A stretch of 63,628 nt of DNA, filler included, from Olpidium bornovanus S191 (GCA_017911155.1; 32 parts of 32 records of this genome joined end to end with filler, not necessarily neighbours in it); one strand, 5' to 3'; numbered from the whole stretch's first letter, positions 12,461 through 24,975 are shown. Numbers and translations: made by a program. The notes: generated by a model not told the origin, from the letters alone.

Positions 12461-12825
12461 CAGTTAAGGTTCCTACCCGTACCCAAACCCGCGGGTTCGG
12501 GTACGGGTTTGAGAATTGAGGGTCCGGTATGGGTATGGGTTTCGGCCGACGGGTACCCCGTCTATCCGCGGGTACCCGCTGCGCGGCGGGAAAAAAAAAT
12601 ATTCCGTTTCACCCAACACGCAACACTCCCTTCACCCAACACACAACACACCAACTTCAACAAATCCAACCTGTCACCCATCCATCCCATCCATCCCATC
12701 CCATCCATCCATCCATCCATCCATCCATCCTCTCCATCCATCTCTGTCATGACAGTGGAAGAAGTTCTCCCGGATGACAGCATCAGTCAATCTGGCAACC
12801 AGCTGAATGGAGTAAGTGCAGTCAG
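12461..12825 (+). mobile_element. Probable 5' end of a hAT-like DNA transposon (subterminal repeat array plus start of an ORF)
   Basis: CAG start at 12461, a dense array of ACCCG/CGGGT/GGGTA motifs in both orientations (12473-12580), a (CCAT)n tract, then ATG at 12749 encoding MTVEEVLPDDSISQ up to the contig end. Confidence 0.5.
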
Positions 12826-13691
12826 NNNNNNNNNNNNNNNNNNNNNNNNNNNNNNNNNNNNNNNNNNNNTTAATTAATTAANNNNNNNNNNNNNNNNNNN
12901 NNNNNNNNNNNNNNNNNNNNNNNNNACATGAAAAAGGGCGGGCAAAACAGGCATCTGCGCAAGCGCCAGGGAAAACGTCCGTTGAGGATCGCTCTTACCT
13001 TTGCGCGCGCCCCTGCCACGGCTGCGCAACCCGGAAATCTACGAAAAAGGGTGTATAGCCTCCAAAAAACGTCGTTTGTTAAGGCGCCCGCGCAGGAATT
13101 CGCGCCAAGAATGATTTCGCGGCTTCCGGGTGACAGAACAGCGCAATGATAACGCGCAGTTCCAAAATGAAAACCGCATCACTTTGTATGGTCCTCCAAA
13201 AATACGCTTGCTCGATTCCGGCCGAAACTTACCTTCTGGAAGAGAACGAAAAACACTTTTTGCAAGGCGGCAACGCCGTTGAACCGCTTGTCCTTTTTTT
13301 GGGTGAAATCAAACCGCACATTTCCTCTGCCGCATAAATGCACACGAAATGGCACCAAAAGTTTGTGCTGGAATGCGCGAGGGAGTATCGGAAGGATGTC
13401 TGGAAATTCGGACCGGCCGCGGTTTCTTTTCCGCACAACAGATTAAGACGCCAGAGCGGCTTTCAGAACAGGCATGCGGAGCGTGAGGGGTAAATAACAC
13501 AACCAATCAACCGCGCTTTTTGGTGCAATCTTCGGGACAGCGTTACAAAACGCGGGGGGCCAGAAATCAACGAAGCTTCGCCGCGCGGTCCGTATGTCGG
13601 AAGGTTACATGCTCGATGATCGTTCTACCGGCGGATCGATGCCTGCCGTCACTTTTACTGCCGGTGCGTGTCAGCGTGAGAGCGTGGCCGC

Positions 13692-13785
13692 GTCAATGTG
13701 AAAGCATGTCAACGTGAAAGCATGTCAGTGTGAGTGCGTGTTGACGTGAAGACATGTCAATGTGAGAGCACGTCAACGTGAAAGT
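13692..13785. repeat. About 16-bp minisatellite (TGTCAACGTGAAAGCA-like), about 6 degenerate copies
   Basis: Repeated GTCAA(C/T)GTGA(A/G)AGCA units read directly from the sequence. Confidence 0.8.
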
Positions 13786-14149
13786 GCGGTGCATGTTATG
13801 CAAGCACACTGCCATGTTGCTTTTGCTACTTGAAGGCACGTCCATACGGTAGACCTGTGGCGACAGCAGCAAGCTCGGTAACTCCAAAAATCAAAACGTC
13901 ATATATATACATTTATATGCATGCCATTATTAGTATAGCATTTAGCATTAAGCATTAGCAATTAATAGTTAGCAAAGCATTAATTAGGCAAGTAATTAGA
14001 TGCCATTATAGAATTACACAGAAAATACAATATGATTTGTACTGTTCAAATCTTAATAAAATTAAATCGATATCGTATCCAATTATATATATATATATAT
14101 ATATAGATATAGATATATATTGAAAGAGATATAAGGATTTCTAGTCCTG

Positions 14150-14420
14150 CTGCCAGTCCCCACCAACGCAACTTGCCATTTCAGCTGATTCTCCGAACGT
14201 CGTTTAAATTCTATTGTCATCCCGCTGATTGTCAAAGCGTGTGTCTGGTTGTACCGGAATAACGAAAACACGGACATTACAGCTGTCAATTTCCGCAGCG
14301 ACTTTCCACTCCGGGTCACGATAATCGCTAAGCCAGGATGCTAACTTGAAGCTCGCAAAACGAGGAAAAAGTTCTGCGTTCGCAAGGCTTTTGGATCTGG
14401 GGTTTAAAAAAAATTGCATC
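14150..14420 (-). pseudogene. Possible decayed hAT transposase C-terminus
   Basis: FFLNPRSKSL (cf. FLdPRfK) and, after a frameshift, W-KSLRKL...VFS...KRR, loosely like the hAT dimerisation domain; flanked by AT-rich DNA. Confidence 0.3.
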
Positions 14421-14701
14421 AAATTTTCGGGGGAAACTGCGGCTCGCTGGGAAGCGTAATTAAAACATTAAAGCCCGTGCTTCGCAAGCAAGTCCGTTGC
14501 GGCGATGCTCTACCAGCCCGGCCGGCTAAAAAGATCATATCATCACTGAGGATAACTTGCTTGTCGCCGAAATGGCAGATCAGGCCAGCCTCGCCGTTTC
14601 ATTTCGGTTTCGGCCGACAAACTGGCGTTCAAACTGGCGATACGAGGTTGCATGTCCATCATAAGTCGTTCTGATCCCGCAGCGTAAAGAGAGAACGCCC
14701 G

Positions 14702-14743
<42 letters not shown>

Positions 14744-15074
14744 AGGAAGGGGCCGGGGGGGGGGGGGGGGGGGGGTGGGAGGGAAGAAGGGGGGGGTGAA
14801 AGGAAAGCGCGCACAAAAGCGAGAACGGAGCTTGCGGAAGGAGCCCTTCAGCCGCGCTGCGGAAGGGACTCCCGCGGTTGATACGCGGAACGTCGGCGGC
14901 ACCGGCCTCCAAACCTCTAAGTTTTCCCCTTGTTCAATTACATTTGCATTTTATTTAAGATATTGAATATAGTTAAAACGGAACGCAAATTTTAATGAAT
15001 ACTAAGCCGTTGACGCCGCCAGAAACTCTTGAGGGCACGCCCAAGGAGGAAGACAACGGCAGTCAGCAGAAAGC

Positions 15075-15200
15075 CGGCCGAGGTTCGTTATGGAACAGCT
15101 CGTTTGCGGAGGAAGCCAACGCCAATCGCGGAGACAACGCGCGGCACAGCGATGGTCAGCTTGGGCAGCAGTGGCAATACCTGAAACAAGGAAGTTTCGC
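15075..15200 (+). pseudogene. Myb/SANT-like DNA-binding domain relic (PIF/Harbinger accessory-protein type)
   Basis: SLWNSSFAEEANANRGDNARHSDGQLGQQWQYLKQ fits the W..A.E.N....R...QL..kW..LK pattern; ORF interrupted downstream. Confidence 0.35.
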
Positions 15201-16165
15201 GGCAAAGAGGCCAGAATTTCGATGCGCGGATCAAAAAGACTCACGCGGATGGTGAAAGACCTTCAGAGAGATATTCATAATCCTTTGAGCACGGCGCATA
15301 ATCAACTTTTGAATTCGCCGCAACATTTGAGGACGGCGGTTACGCTACAATCGTATGGGCCTCCGCTGCTATATCAGTGCTTTCCGACTTGAGGCAGCCA
15401 GCCACCCCTGACACAGCGGCTTCCGCTTAACTTGCCTGATTGGCGTTGGCGGCAAGGGATGGTCCTGCTGCACGAGACGGACACGACGTCTGCGTACACA
15501 ACGCAGCCTGCTCCGCATTCGACGTCGGACACGGACCGTACATCATAGCAAATTTCATTTTATTAGGGGAGGAAGTCATGGTTGCGAGCTTGAACGACAA
15601 TGCCCCGTGCTCAATGACCAGCAGTTATTAATAATATACAAATATAAAATATACACATTACATATTACCTAATAGTGCATTATAAATTATCTACAGANNN
15701 NNNNNNNNNNNNNNNNNNNNNNNNNNNNNNNNNNNNNNNNNTTAATTAATTAANNNNNNNNNNNNNNNNNNNNNNNNNNNNNNNNNNNNNNNNNNNNCAT
15801 GGAAGACGCACTTCAACGTTTGCGTAGTTACCGTCACGTATATAGTACGCATTATCCGACGCGCCGTTAGCCGCACACGGCGGACGTTGAAACTCGCCTG
15901 TGCTTCTTCCTATTTCTTCTTTTTTTTGGCCTACGAATCGAACTCGCCAGCTGTTAGCGTCTGGCCAACGAACTCGCGAAACTGCAGATCCCGGAGAAGC
16001 GGAAGACATATTCTGGCCTTCCGAGTCGCTGAGCGAGGTGGCACGCAGGGGCAGGGCAGGGGCGCCCCCGCGGTCACGTGACTTGCCCTGCCGTCCGCGG
16101 GCAAAACGACACGAGCCTGCACCACTCCAAAGTGCCCGCCGGGCCGGGAGAGGAGGCCACGCCCA

Positions 16166-17881
16166 ATGGCAGCCGATCGCGGGCACCGGCAGAATGAGAC
16201 GGAGGAACGGCGCGCCGCTGCAGAGCACGAGAAGCAGCAGCCGCCGCCGCCGCCGTATCATCAGCTTCAGGAAGGAAACTGTGGCGCCGGCGGCAGACAG
16301 GCCCACGCCCTAGGCGACGTGCTCCGACGCTACGTGCCGGGCGCATGTTTTCCCAACGCGGGGAGCGCACTCGCGGCGCTGGAGGAGATCCCGACACGTT
16401 TCCGCCTGCCGCCCTCATTCGCCGGCCGGTCCGAGGCGCTGAGGGAGTTCCGGAAAAAAGCGCGAGCTGCGGGAGGGTCGGAGCGGATGGGTAAGCGAAG
16501 CGGCGGCGTTTTGCCGCCGTTCCTCCGACCCGCAGGAGAGCATACGCGTGGTAGCGTAGTAGAGCCAGGCTAACCTCGCTACCAAACCCCATTGGGAGGC
16601 GATTCCTGCAGGCGAAGCTCACGCCTCCGAGCTCGCTGACTTCTGCAACCAGGCGTTGTCACTTTTGGCCGACGCGCTGGCCATAGCCTGCTTTGCGCGG
16701 GAGGTGCGTGAGGGTCCGAGAGTTTTCGCCGCACTTCTACGAGAAAGTCCGCGACTTCTGACACGCAAGTCACCCACGCGCGGAACAGCACAGCTGGACG
16801 TTTCCGGATAGCTGCCTTACAGCGCTGGTTATGCGTTGTGCGCTTTTTGATTGGGACGGACCGCCGTCCAGCGACCTCGAAAGGGCGGCTGACGGTAAAA
16901 CAGTATTTTATGCCGTGTCACCTTGTTGCGGCCTCCCTGGAGACTAAAAGGCGGCGCTCATTGGTTTCCTCTGACGCTAAGGCCGGAACGCAACGTATGG
17001 CGGCAGAATTGCTGCGGGCTCTACCTGCCGTTTGCAGCTATGACAGGAAAAAGCTCGAGCGCGAGAGCTTCATCGGTGTCCAGATGCGCCTGATCTTGGA
17101 ACCCCACATGCCGCAGTTATTCGCGCTGCATCCGGCCGCGGACAAGCAGCTGGTCGGCAAGTGGCGGAGGATACGAGGCTCCGGGACTAAAGAGCCGCTG
17201 GCACAACCGCGCGGCATTCATAAAGAAGCGTTTTACGACTCCCAACCTTGGAAAGCAGAGAACGCGGAGATGGTTGTGGTGCTGGAGTGGTGCACGCGTA
17301 AGGCGACGGTGAGCCGTGAGGCGGGGTTTTCTGAGATTCGGCATTAGAGGAGGGAAAAGATTAGAACGGGAGGGTTGTTCTGTTTTCTGCGAACGTCGCT
17401 CATACGAGCGGCCTATTTTAAACAGCGGCAGGTGGTCAACGATGTCCTGCACGTGCTTACCCCGCCGGTGCTCACTCTGGTCGATGACTTCGACCCGTCC
17501 TACAAAGTCAGGGGCGTCAACGCTCTGCTGCATATTGTGGAAAAGGCAGACGCAGCGCGGCTCAGAAATATGGGACTCGGTGAGGCGTTCTTTGAGGTGC
17601 GAGCGTTGTTTTTTACGTCTCAGCCTTGGCCCGATCTCCGTCCCCTGCGTCACCCTGTGAACGCCTAACCTGCCCAACCTGTCCGTTCGCTTCCTGAACG
17701 TTGTCGCCCTGCATTCGGGACTCCGCGTCTTTGTCTGCTATGCAGGCGCTGATGACCTGCCTCACCTACACGTCTCCCGGTGCGGAAGACGCCCGGCCAT
17801 TGGAGGCTGCTGTGCCCGTCGTGGTCGCCCTGTCCGGAAAGCTCGAGGTCAGGAACACCCAAGAATATGTCCAGCGACATG
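16166..17881 (+). CDS. TTI2: TTT-complex subunit Tti2-like, spliced, 3'-truncated
   Basis: LTPPVLTLVDDFDPSYKVRGVNALLHIVEKADAARLRNMGLGEAFFE | ALMTCLTY matches the Tti2 family core; start codon uncertain. Confidence 0.75.
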
Positions 17882-18059
17882 NNNNNNNNNNNNNNNNNNN
17901 NNNNNNNNNNNNNNNNNNNNNNNNNTTAATTAATTAANNNNNNNNNNNNNNNNNNNNNNNNNNNNNNNNNNNNNNNNNNNNAGATTTTCGTTCGGTACGC
18001 GCCCATAATAATTCCAGACTACACCCCGGGAGCTAGCTGTTTCTGCCGCCGGCGGACAT

Positions 18060-20016
18060 TTAGTTAAAGAACTTTCTGTTAGGCGACTCGCCAAACAGCA
18101 TGGTCCTGATTGCCGGAAGCATCTGTTGATTGCACAATCATTGCAGGGTTTTCATTCAGCGTACAGGGAGCAGCCAGAACGACCGATAGCGCTGCTGGCA
18201 TAATACAACACGCCACAGCCGGCTCTAATTCGACACAACACTTGCCTGTTCGCATAGAAGGACCAGCCGTGCCTCCAAGGTATTGTCACACGTGATGGAC
18301 CCGTCGACAGTAGAGAGGCGGATGCCGCCCGACCTGGAAACGAAACAGACAGCCGGTGGCGTCAGATGACCAGTAGAAAGGACAGAGTGCAACGAGTTGC
18401 AAAAAACAAAGAGCTCCGCGAACCCTTCTTCAGGAAGTGACTCAGTGGAGGACACCCGGATGTTGAGCGGGAGCGCCATCTTCTCGGTGAAAGTTTTCTT
18501 GGCGGCTTCCATCTGGCGCTGGGCGACCTCGGCGTCCTTCTTGCGGCAAACCAGTACTACGTCTTCTGCCATGAGCTTGTACAGGCCCTGCAGTCGAGTT
18601 CCGCGGTCTATTGATATCATGATACTGCCCCAGACTTGAGAACGCGTCCGCAACAGCAGCGTCCACAATCACAGCGTTTTCGCCCGCACCTGGAGAATGA
18701 TGTTGTACATGAGGCCGTCGTACTTTTGCGCATCTTGAATCACCGAGGCCAGAGACTTGCTAGCTTCAGCAAAGAGTTCCTGAAGCATTTGCTGTCGTTG
18801 CTGAAGCACGCGCAGGCGGGCTTTATTCATGAAATTCGACTGAGCACTGATAAGTCCACCAACGTACAGGAGGCGGTCGTCAACCATAGCCAGAAGAGCA
18901 TCGTTGTGAACTATTCGTTCTAACATGTCGCAATGCGCAGCAGATCGGTTCCGACGTATTGCCGAAAATTACACGAAGCTGACGTGTCAAAAATGGCCTT
19001 ACATCTTCTTCTGCACCTCAACCTGCTTACTCTTCCGCTGGAAAGTCGCCTCGATGTTGGCAGACTCGGTGCGGACCAGCTTTGCCTGTGGACGGCATCC
19101 CGGGTCAAATCCTTCGAGCGAGGAGATGCACGAGACGTCCAATGACAGTAACGCGTCAAGAATACTGATCAGCGGGTAATCCGACCAACCTTTTCGATGT
19201 TGAACTCTTCGTCGGCCTGTGCGCGCGCGCGAAAGACATTCGTTGATTAGCGTGAACCGCCAGGCTCTTTCGCCGTTGCCTGGCGTTGGAAGGCCCCATG
19301 ATCGAGATCAGTTTGCCCCGATGCGCGTTTCAACGCCCTTCTCGCCTCTCACGGCAGCCATGCACCGGCCGTCCGCTAATGGCATCGATAGCACCTGTTC
19401 CAGGACAAAGGAGTTTTTCTCTGGCGGGCGAGATGTGTATTACATCCGCGGCGCCGTGCAGTTTCGCTATGCACCAGCCGGTCCGCTCATGGCGTCCAAA
19501 GCACGTTGCTCCAGGACCTCAACAGTACTCTGGCGGCCAAGACGGCCATGGGCAAGCTGACTGTTCGCCTCGCTGCGCGGGCGTGGCGGCGGGGTCACGC
19601 TCGTCATCTTTTTCGACCTTGCGCGCCGTGCTTTCGCCGCCGTGCGGTCCCACCCTCGATCCGACCCCAACGGCGCTCGCGAAAGCGGGTGTCTCCACCT
19701 TTTTTGCCAGCCCGACAATACGGCGGCTTCCTCAGCCGGAGGCCCCGCTTTTCGCCCTTCTTTCCCACGCCGCCTCTTTACGCGGAATTTAGTGTGCCTC
19801 TCGCGGCCGTGCCGGTGGGGGCGGGGGTGGAGGGGGAGAGAGGGGCCAGGAGGGGTTGGAGGGAAGAGGTGCGGACCGCTCCTCCTCGTTCGGTGGCGCG
19901 CGCACCTTGACCTTGATCTCCCTGGCCTTCTCCAGGGCTTCCTGCTTGATGAAAGCGACCATCTTGTTCATCTCCTGCTGCACATCGTTGTCGTTGAGCG
20001 CTCCCCGCCCGGCCAT
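18060..20016 (-). CDS. VMA4: V-type H+-ATPase subunit E, complete, 7 exons
   Basis: MAGRGALNDNDVQQEMNKMVAFIKQEALEKAREIKVK | ADEEFNIEK | AKLVR...KQVEVQKKI | AQSNFMNKARLRVLQQR | ... | SGGIRLSTVDGSITCDNTLEARL | MLPAIRTMLFGESPNRKFFN*. Confidence 0.97.
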
Positions 20017-20264
20017 GGCTGCGAATTGCGCGCGGTGCTCGTCTTGTTCAGCAGAGTGCGCGGGAAGTTTCGGGCGGGGGAGGCCGGGTGGGGAAAAAAG
20101 AAAGGGCGCGCGGCGTTTGCGTTGCGGTTGGAGGGGGAGAGAGAGACGGCGGGGGAGGAGGAGAGAGGCCGTCGTCCCCGGAAAAAAAAAAGTAAAAAAA
20201 AAAAAAGTGTTGTGAAACACGACCTCCACGAGGGCTTCCAAGGGGACCCCCGCACTGCCGTGGT

Positions 20265-20320
20265 GCCATGGAAGGAGCCATGGAAGGAGCCATGGAAGGA
20301 ACCATGGAGGGTTATATAAG
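20265..20320 (+). promoter_or_regulatory. 12-bp tandem array (GCCATGGAAGGA x3 plus one variant) abutting a TATA-like box
   Basis: Repeats at 20265-20312 followed by TTATATAAG at 20312-20320, oriented away from VMA4. The repeat is seen; regulatory function is inferred. Confidence 0.45.
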
Positions 20321-20438
20321 GAGAGCCTCTTTACGTCCNNNNNNNNNNNNNNNNNNNNNNNNNNNNNNNNNNNNNNNNNNNNTTAATTAATTAANNNNNN
20401 NNNNNNNNNNNNNNNNNNNNNNNNNNNNNNNNNNNNNN

Positions 20439-21309
20439 CCATGGTTCTGTTCGCCCAGGTCTTCACCGCCGCCCAGTTCGTCGTTGAGGAGCGCGTGATG
20501 GAGCGTTACAACGTCGCTCCGCTTCTTGCTGTCGGCCTCGAGGGAGTTTTCGGCTTCGTCAGCGTCCTCGCGGCTATGCCTCTGTTGCACCTGGCCTTCG
20601 GTCGGTCGCACCCCGGGTGAGCTTTTTTTTTTCCTTCCGTTTACTTGCGCCGAAGTCAAACCGGGAAACTCCACATTAGTTCCACAGGCAGACGCTTGCG
20701 CTTATTCAGATCATTTCTGATACGACCCCCCCCCCCACCTCCCCCCTTCGCTCGCCTGTCTTCGTTCACCCGCAAACTTCCAGCGGCTTTTTTGACGTCC
20801 CAACGGGCTACCACCAGATTGTCGACAACCCGGCGGTGTGGATACCTGGCATCCTGATCGCTCTGAGCATCGCTTTTTTCAACTGGTTCGGCCTCAGCGT
20901 CACGCGCTCCGTGAGCGCCACGGCCCGGAGCACTCTCGACACTTGCCGGACCATCATCATCTGGGTGATCTCCATGTCTCTCGGCTGGGAGTCCTTTCGG
21001 TGGATGCAGGTCCTCGGCTTCGCCGTCCTCATATACGGTGGGTGGAGCAAATTATTTCTGCTCCTGGTCAGATTCGATCGAGCGGAGCAGGCGGCGGGAT
21101 TTTGCGGGTCGTTTCGGGGAGAAAACGCGCCGGGCGTCTGCCTGACCACGTTTGCCGGGCGACGCGCAGGCACCTTCATATTCAACGGCATCGTCGACCC
21201 GCCGTTCTGCCGGCCTCCCGTGCTTTCGGAGGGCGAGTTCAGCCCGCTGCTCAACCCCGCCTTCGTCGCCGTTGAAGACGACGACGGGCAGTTGGCGGCC
21301 AGGATATAA
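20439..21309 (+). CDS. SLC35F6-like drug/metabolite (nucleotide-sugar) transporter, 5'-truncated
   Basis: AQVFTAAQFVVEE...VGLEGVFG; SIAFFNWFGLSVTRSVSATARSTLDTCRTIIIW...FRWMQVLGFAVLIYG; stop at 21309. Confidence 0.85.
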
Positions 21310-21386
21310 CGAGGAGAGGAAGTCATTTTTGACACGCCCGCCTCGTCCGATTTTTTCTATGTGCTGTTCTTGATTTCTCCCCTTCC

Positions 21387-21449
<63 letters not shown>

Positions 21450-21616
21450 CCCCTCCCCCTCCCCCCCCCCCCGCCCCCCCTCCCTCCCCCCCCCCCCCCC
21501 CCCCCCCTCCCCCCCCNNNNNNNNNNNNNNNNNNNNNNNNNNNNNNNNNNNNNNNNNNNNTTAATTAATTAANNNNNNNNNNNNNNNNNNNNNNNNNNNN
21601 NNNNNNNNNNNNNNNN

Positions 21617-22379
21617 CTTGTGGGTCCTACGGCCTGCATCGCTGCCCTCCCGCGAGATTCCCGGTCGGCTCCCGCGGTTCTCACCGCTCGCGGTCCGGCG
21701 AATTCCAGCTTTTCTGCTCGACCAGAGTACGGAGTACTGAGCCGCCCAGCTCGCAGGCGCGGCGGAGTACGTGGCAGAGTACGTGATCTACCCGCCGGCC
21801 AAGCGGTGGACTGTCTGGTGCACTGCAGGTCAGCTTTTTTTTGTGTTTGTCCTTAAAGAAAAAGAGAACGTCCTCGATCTTGCGAAAGTTTTGAGCTGAA
21901 CAGCCGCGCCTGAATTTTTTTTTTTTTCTGCAACCGGTTTCCCAGGCTTTTTTTTGATGGCGATGGGACAAACGTGCAGGACATTGGCGATGCTGCACGC
22001 GCAGTCGAACTTTTCGCACGACATCGTCACGACCAAGCAGATTGAACACCGGCTGGTCAAGACCGGAATATACAGGTAAAGAAAAAAAAACGCAACAAAA
22101 CCGAGCACACAGGCGACTTGTTGCTGACTGTCCGTATCTTTTATCGCGACGCACACAAGGTATATCGGCCACCCGTCCTACTTTGGCTTCTTTTGGTGGG
22201 CACTCGGATCCCAAATCATGATGGCGAACCCGGTCTGCACCGTCATCTATGCCGGCGTTCTCCACCGGTTCTTCAGCCGCCGCATAGCGTGGGAGGAGGA
22301 GACGCTGGTAAACTTTTTCGGGGAAGAGTACTCCGAATACCGCGCCGCGACTCCGACGCTCATGCCGGGGATCCCGTAG
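21617..22379 (+). CDS. STE14: Isoprenylcysteine carboxyl methyltransferase, 5'-truncated
   Basis: SNFSHDIVTTKQIEHRLVKTGIYR | YIGHPSYFGFFWWALGSQIMMANP...RIAWEEETLVNFFGEEYSEYRAATPTLMPGIP*. Confidence 0.93.
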
Positions 22380-24975
22380 GGAAAAAATGACTTCATCCCC
22401 AAATGCTTTCTAATTATTTTCAGATCGTTATCTCTAGCCGATCGCTGTCCAAAGTCGTGGCGCTTTTGATCCAGCCCGCGGTTCCGACATGGGGTTTTCG
22501 CTGTATTACTGTGCGCTGTACACGAGAAATGGCCTTTGCCCTCCCCCCCCCACCCACCCACCCATGCATGAGCCAGGCTGTTGAAGAGGGGCGCTTGAGA
22601 TTCAAGGGGAAAGAAACATAGGGGAGAATAAACCAGTGGGTGGCAAAAGGCGGTGACTCGGCTGAAACGTTTTGTTCGCAGCCGCCGCGCACCGAAAACG
22701 CTCTGCCGGTCCGGTGGCCGTCATTTTGCGGGCGTTCCCGCGGGGGCGGCGTTCAGCGAGAGCGAACGGCACCGAGACCTCCCTGACGGACCGCGAGGAA
22801 AGGCGCGGCGGTAGCGCAGGGAGCCGACGGCGACGGCGGCCTCGGAGAGCGGAGAGCGTTAAAGATTTTAACGTGCTTTCCGGGATACCGGGTTTTCAGA
22901 CGCGTTCCGTCCAACTCGCCGTCTCGGAAAAAAACTTCCACGACGCGATATGGCCCCTTCCATCGCTCTTTGAAATCCCTCTCGGCCCGGTGCTGAACCT
23001 CCGCTTGCGCAATCCCGCACCAGCACCCAATCAGCAAGCCCCTCGCCAGCAATAATTTTTTTCTTCTGCACGGACACCTTCCTGCCGTCGGCACTTCACG
23101 TCCCTTCCACACGTTGCATCGAACACGTCGCTTACACTCAGCACTTCCGCATCCCTTCACACGTTACAATCCCTTGGTTTTTTCGCATCCTTCAACGTGT
23201 CTACCAGAATTGAGCTTCCGCGCCGCACTGGTCGCCGCGTCTCTGGCCGCCCTCGCGACCCTTTCAGGTTACCTCGGCGCAGTTGGAGGAATCTCTCTTG
23301 CAGGTATGCCCCAAGGATAACTTCGGAAATCGCGTCCGCACCAGAAGGCAACCGATCGACGTGAACGGCCCAAGTAGAATTGTCGAAGTCGTCGCTATTT
23401 GATCCTTTCCAAAGGACGGCGGCCGCCTTCGGCTTTGCCGCGGCCGATATAATTTGCAAGTCTAAAAGGTTTCAAAAGCAGCTGGCAATATTCTCCAACA
23501 ATGAAATTTTAGGCTTTCGCTGGCATCTCAGCCCACATCCTCGCCAGTGGGGTTCAACCCGGATATTCTTCAACCCTAGGGTTGCTGCAATAGGAGAGAG
23601 CGCGCCCGCAGGCGACGAGCGCTCAAACAATTACGAGTCCTTCGATACCCCCGTTACAATTGGAGGGCAGTTAGAATTAGCGAAGATTGACAGCTGCTGC
23701 ACAGGATGCTAGCATCAGAGAAATTTGTCAAACGCAGGCGTTTGATCGCCTAAAAAAAGCCGAGCATGTGTCCTTCAAGCTTTTGTTCGTCTACGCCGTC
23801 TCGCGCCCTTGCTGCCTCGAAACTATCGATTTCCATTTGGCACAGACGCCTGGCTCATCTCGGTTTTGATTCCATCCGCCTCATCNNNNNNNNNNNNNNN
23901 NNNNNNNNNNNNNNNNNNNNNNNNNNNNNTTAATTAATTAANNNNNNNNNNNNNNNNNNNNNNNNNNNNNNNNNNNNNNNNNNNNGGCGATGGGATCTTT
24001 GGTGAGGGGGGATTCTGTGGGGCTAATAATTGAAGGATACTTTTGACGTAGCCCTTTACGGAAAGGTAACACTCAACACAGCAGAAAACCGAAGTTTCCA
24101 AGCATGTGTGGGGGGGCTTAGTGGGTGCTTGGGGTGCCTTGTGGGAGAGGGGGGGGTGGGGGGGCGCTTTGGGTGCCTTGTGGGAGATGGGAGGGGGGGG
24201 GGGCGTGCGGCCGAGGGACAAGGGACGGCGGGCCGGAGGGGGCAGGACGCGGCGCCGGACTGGCTGGATAGTCCCATGAACATCGCTAGAGAGGAGAGAA
24301 CGGGCATTCGACGTGGAGCGGCGGATTTTAATAAACGAAGTTGCCGGGCCAATCAGATGAACAATGTGCGCGCGGGGCCGCGCCCCGGGCCTTTTGCGCC
24401 CTGGAGGCGGCTCCCCTCCCCCTCTTCCCCCCTCCCCCCCGCCTGGTCGGCTTTTTGCTTTCCCTATTAGAGCGCGCGTGGTGTCCGCTTCCCCCGTACG
24501 TTCCGCGTCCTCGCCCGCCGCAGCTCTCACCTCACGTCAAGCCGGGACCCATCCGCCCCTTTCGTGGGCGTGTCCCCGTTCCGACGCGGCGCGGTTCCCC
24601 CTCCCTCCCCGCCCGACCTCTTGTAGATCAGCAAACGGAACGCGAACTCGCAAAAGCTTTGCCCTTTCCCCCCCCCCTCACCCTTCCCTCTTCCTACTTC
24701 CCCCCCACGGCTCCCCACGGCGGCAACGTAAGGCCTTCGATTATTTTTATTTTTCCTTTTCCGATATTCTTTTCCATCGCGCCCCTGTCCGAAACCCGCG
24801 TTTCCTATTTCCGAGCTTCGCCCGGCGTTTTGGCAAAAGAGGTCGCGGGGTGGGGGAAGAAGAAAAAGGAGTCATTTGCTCGCACGCCGCTTTAGGATTT
24901 TTTTTCAAAAACAAAGAAAAACCAGGTTTTTTACTTTTTTTTTTTTTTTTCCTGCCCCTCTCGCGCACAGCGGCA

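Noticed and set aside
22800-23885. Possible gene (Rpp40-like guess) downstream of ICMT
   Set aside because: I could not assemble consistent exons or a convincing motif on either strand.
24018-24029. GGGCTAATAA matching the reverse complement of the copia PBS at 6658-6669
   Set aside because: Only a 10-nt match and not adjacent to an LTR-type ..AACA end.
24033-24040. GTATCCTT (U12-type donor consensus) on the minus strand
   Set aside because: Not at the edge of any recognisable exon and no U12 branch site found; expected by chance.
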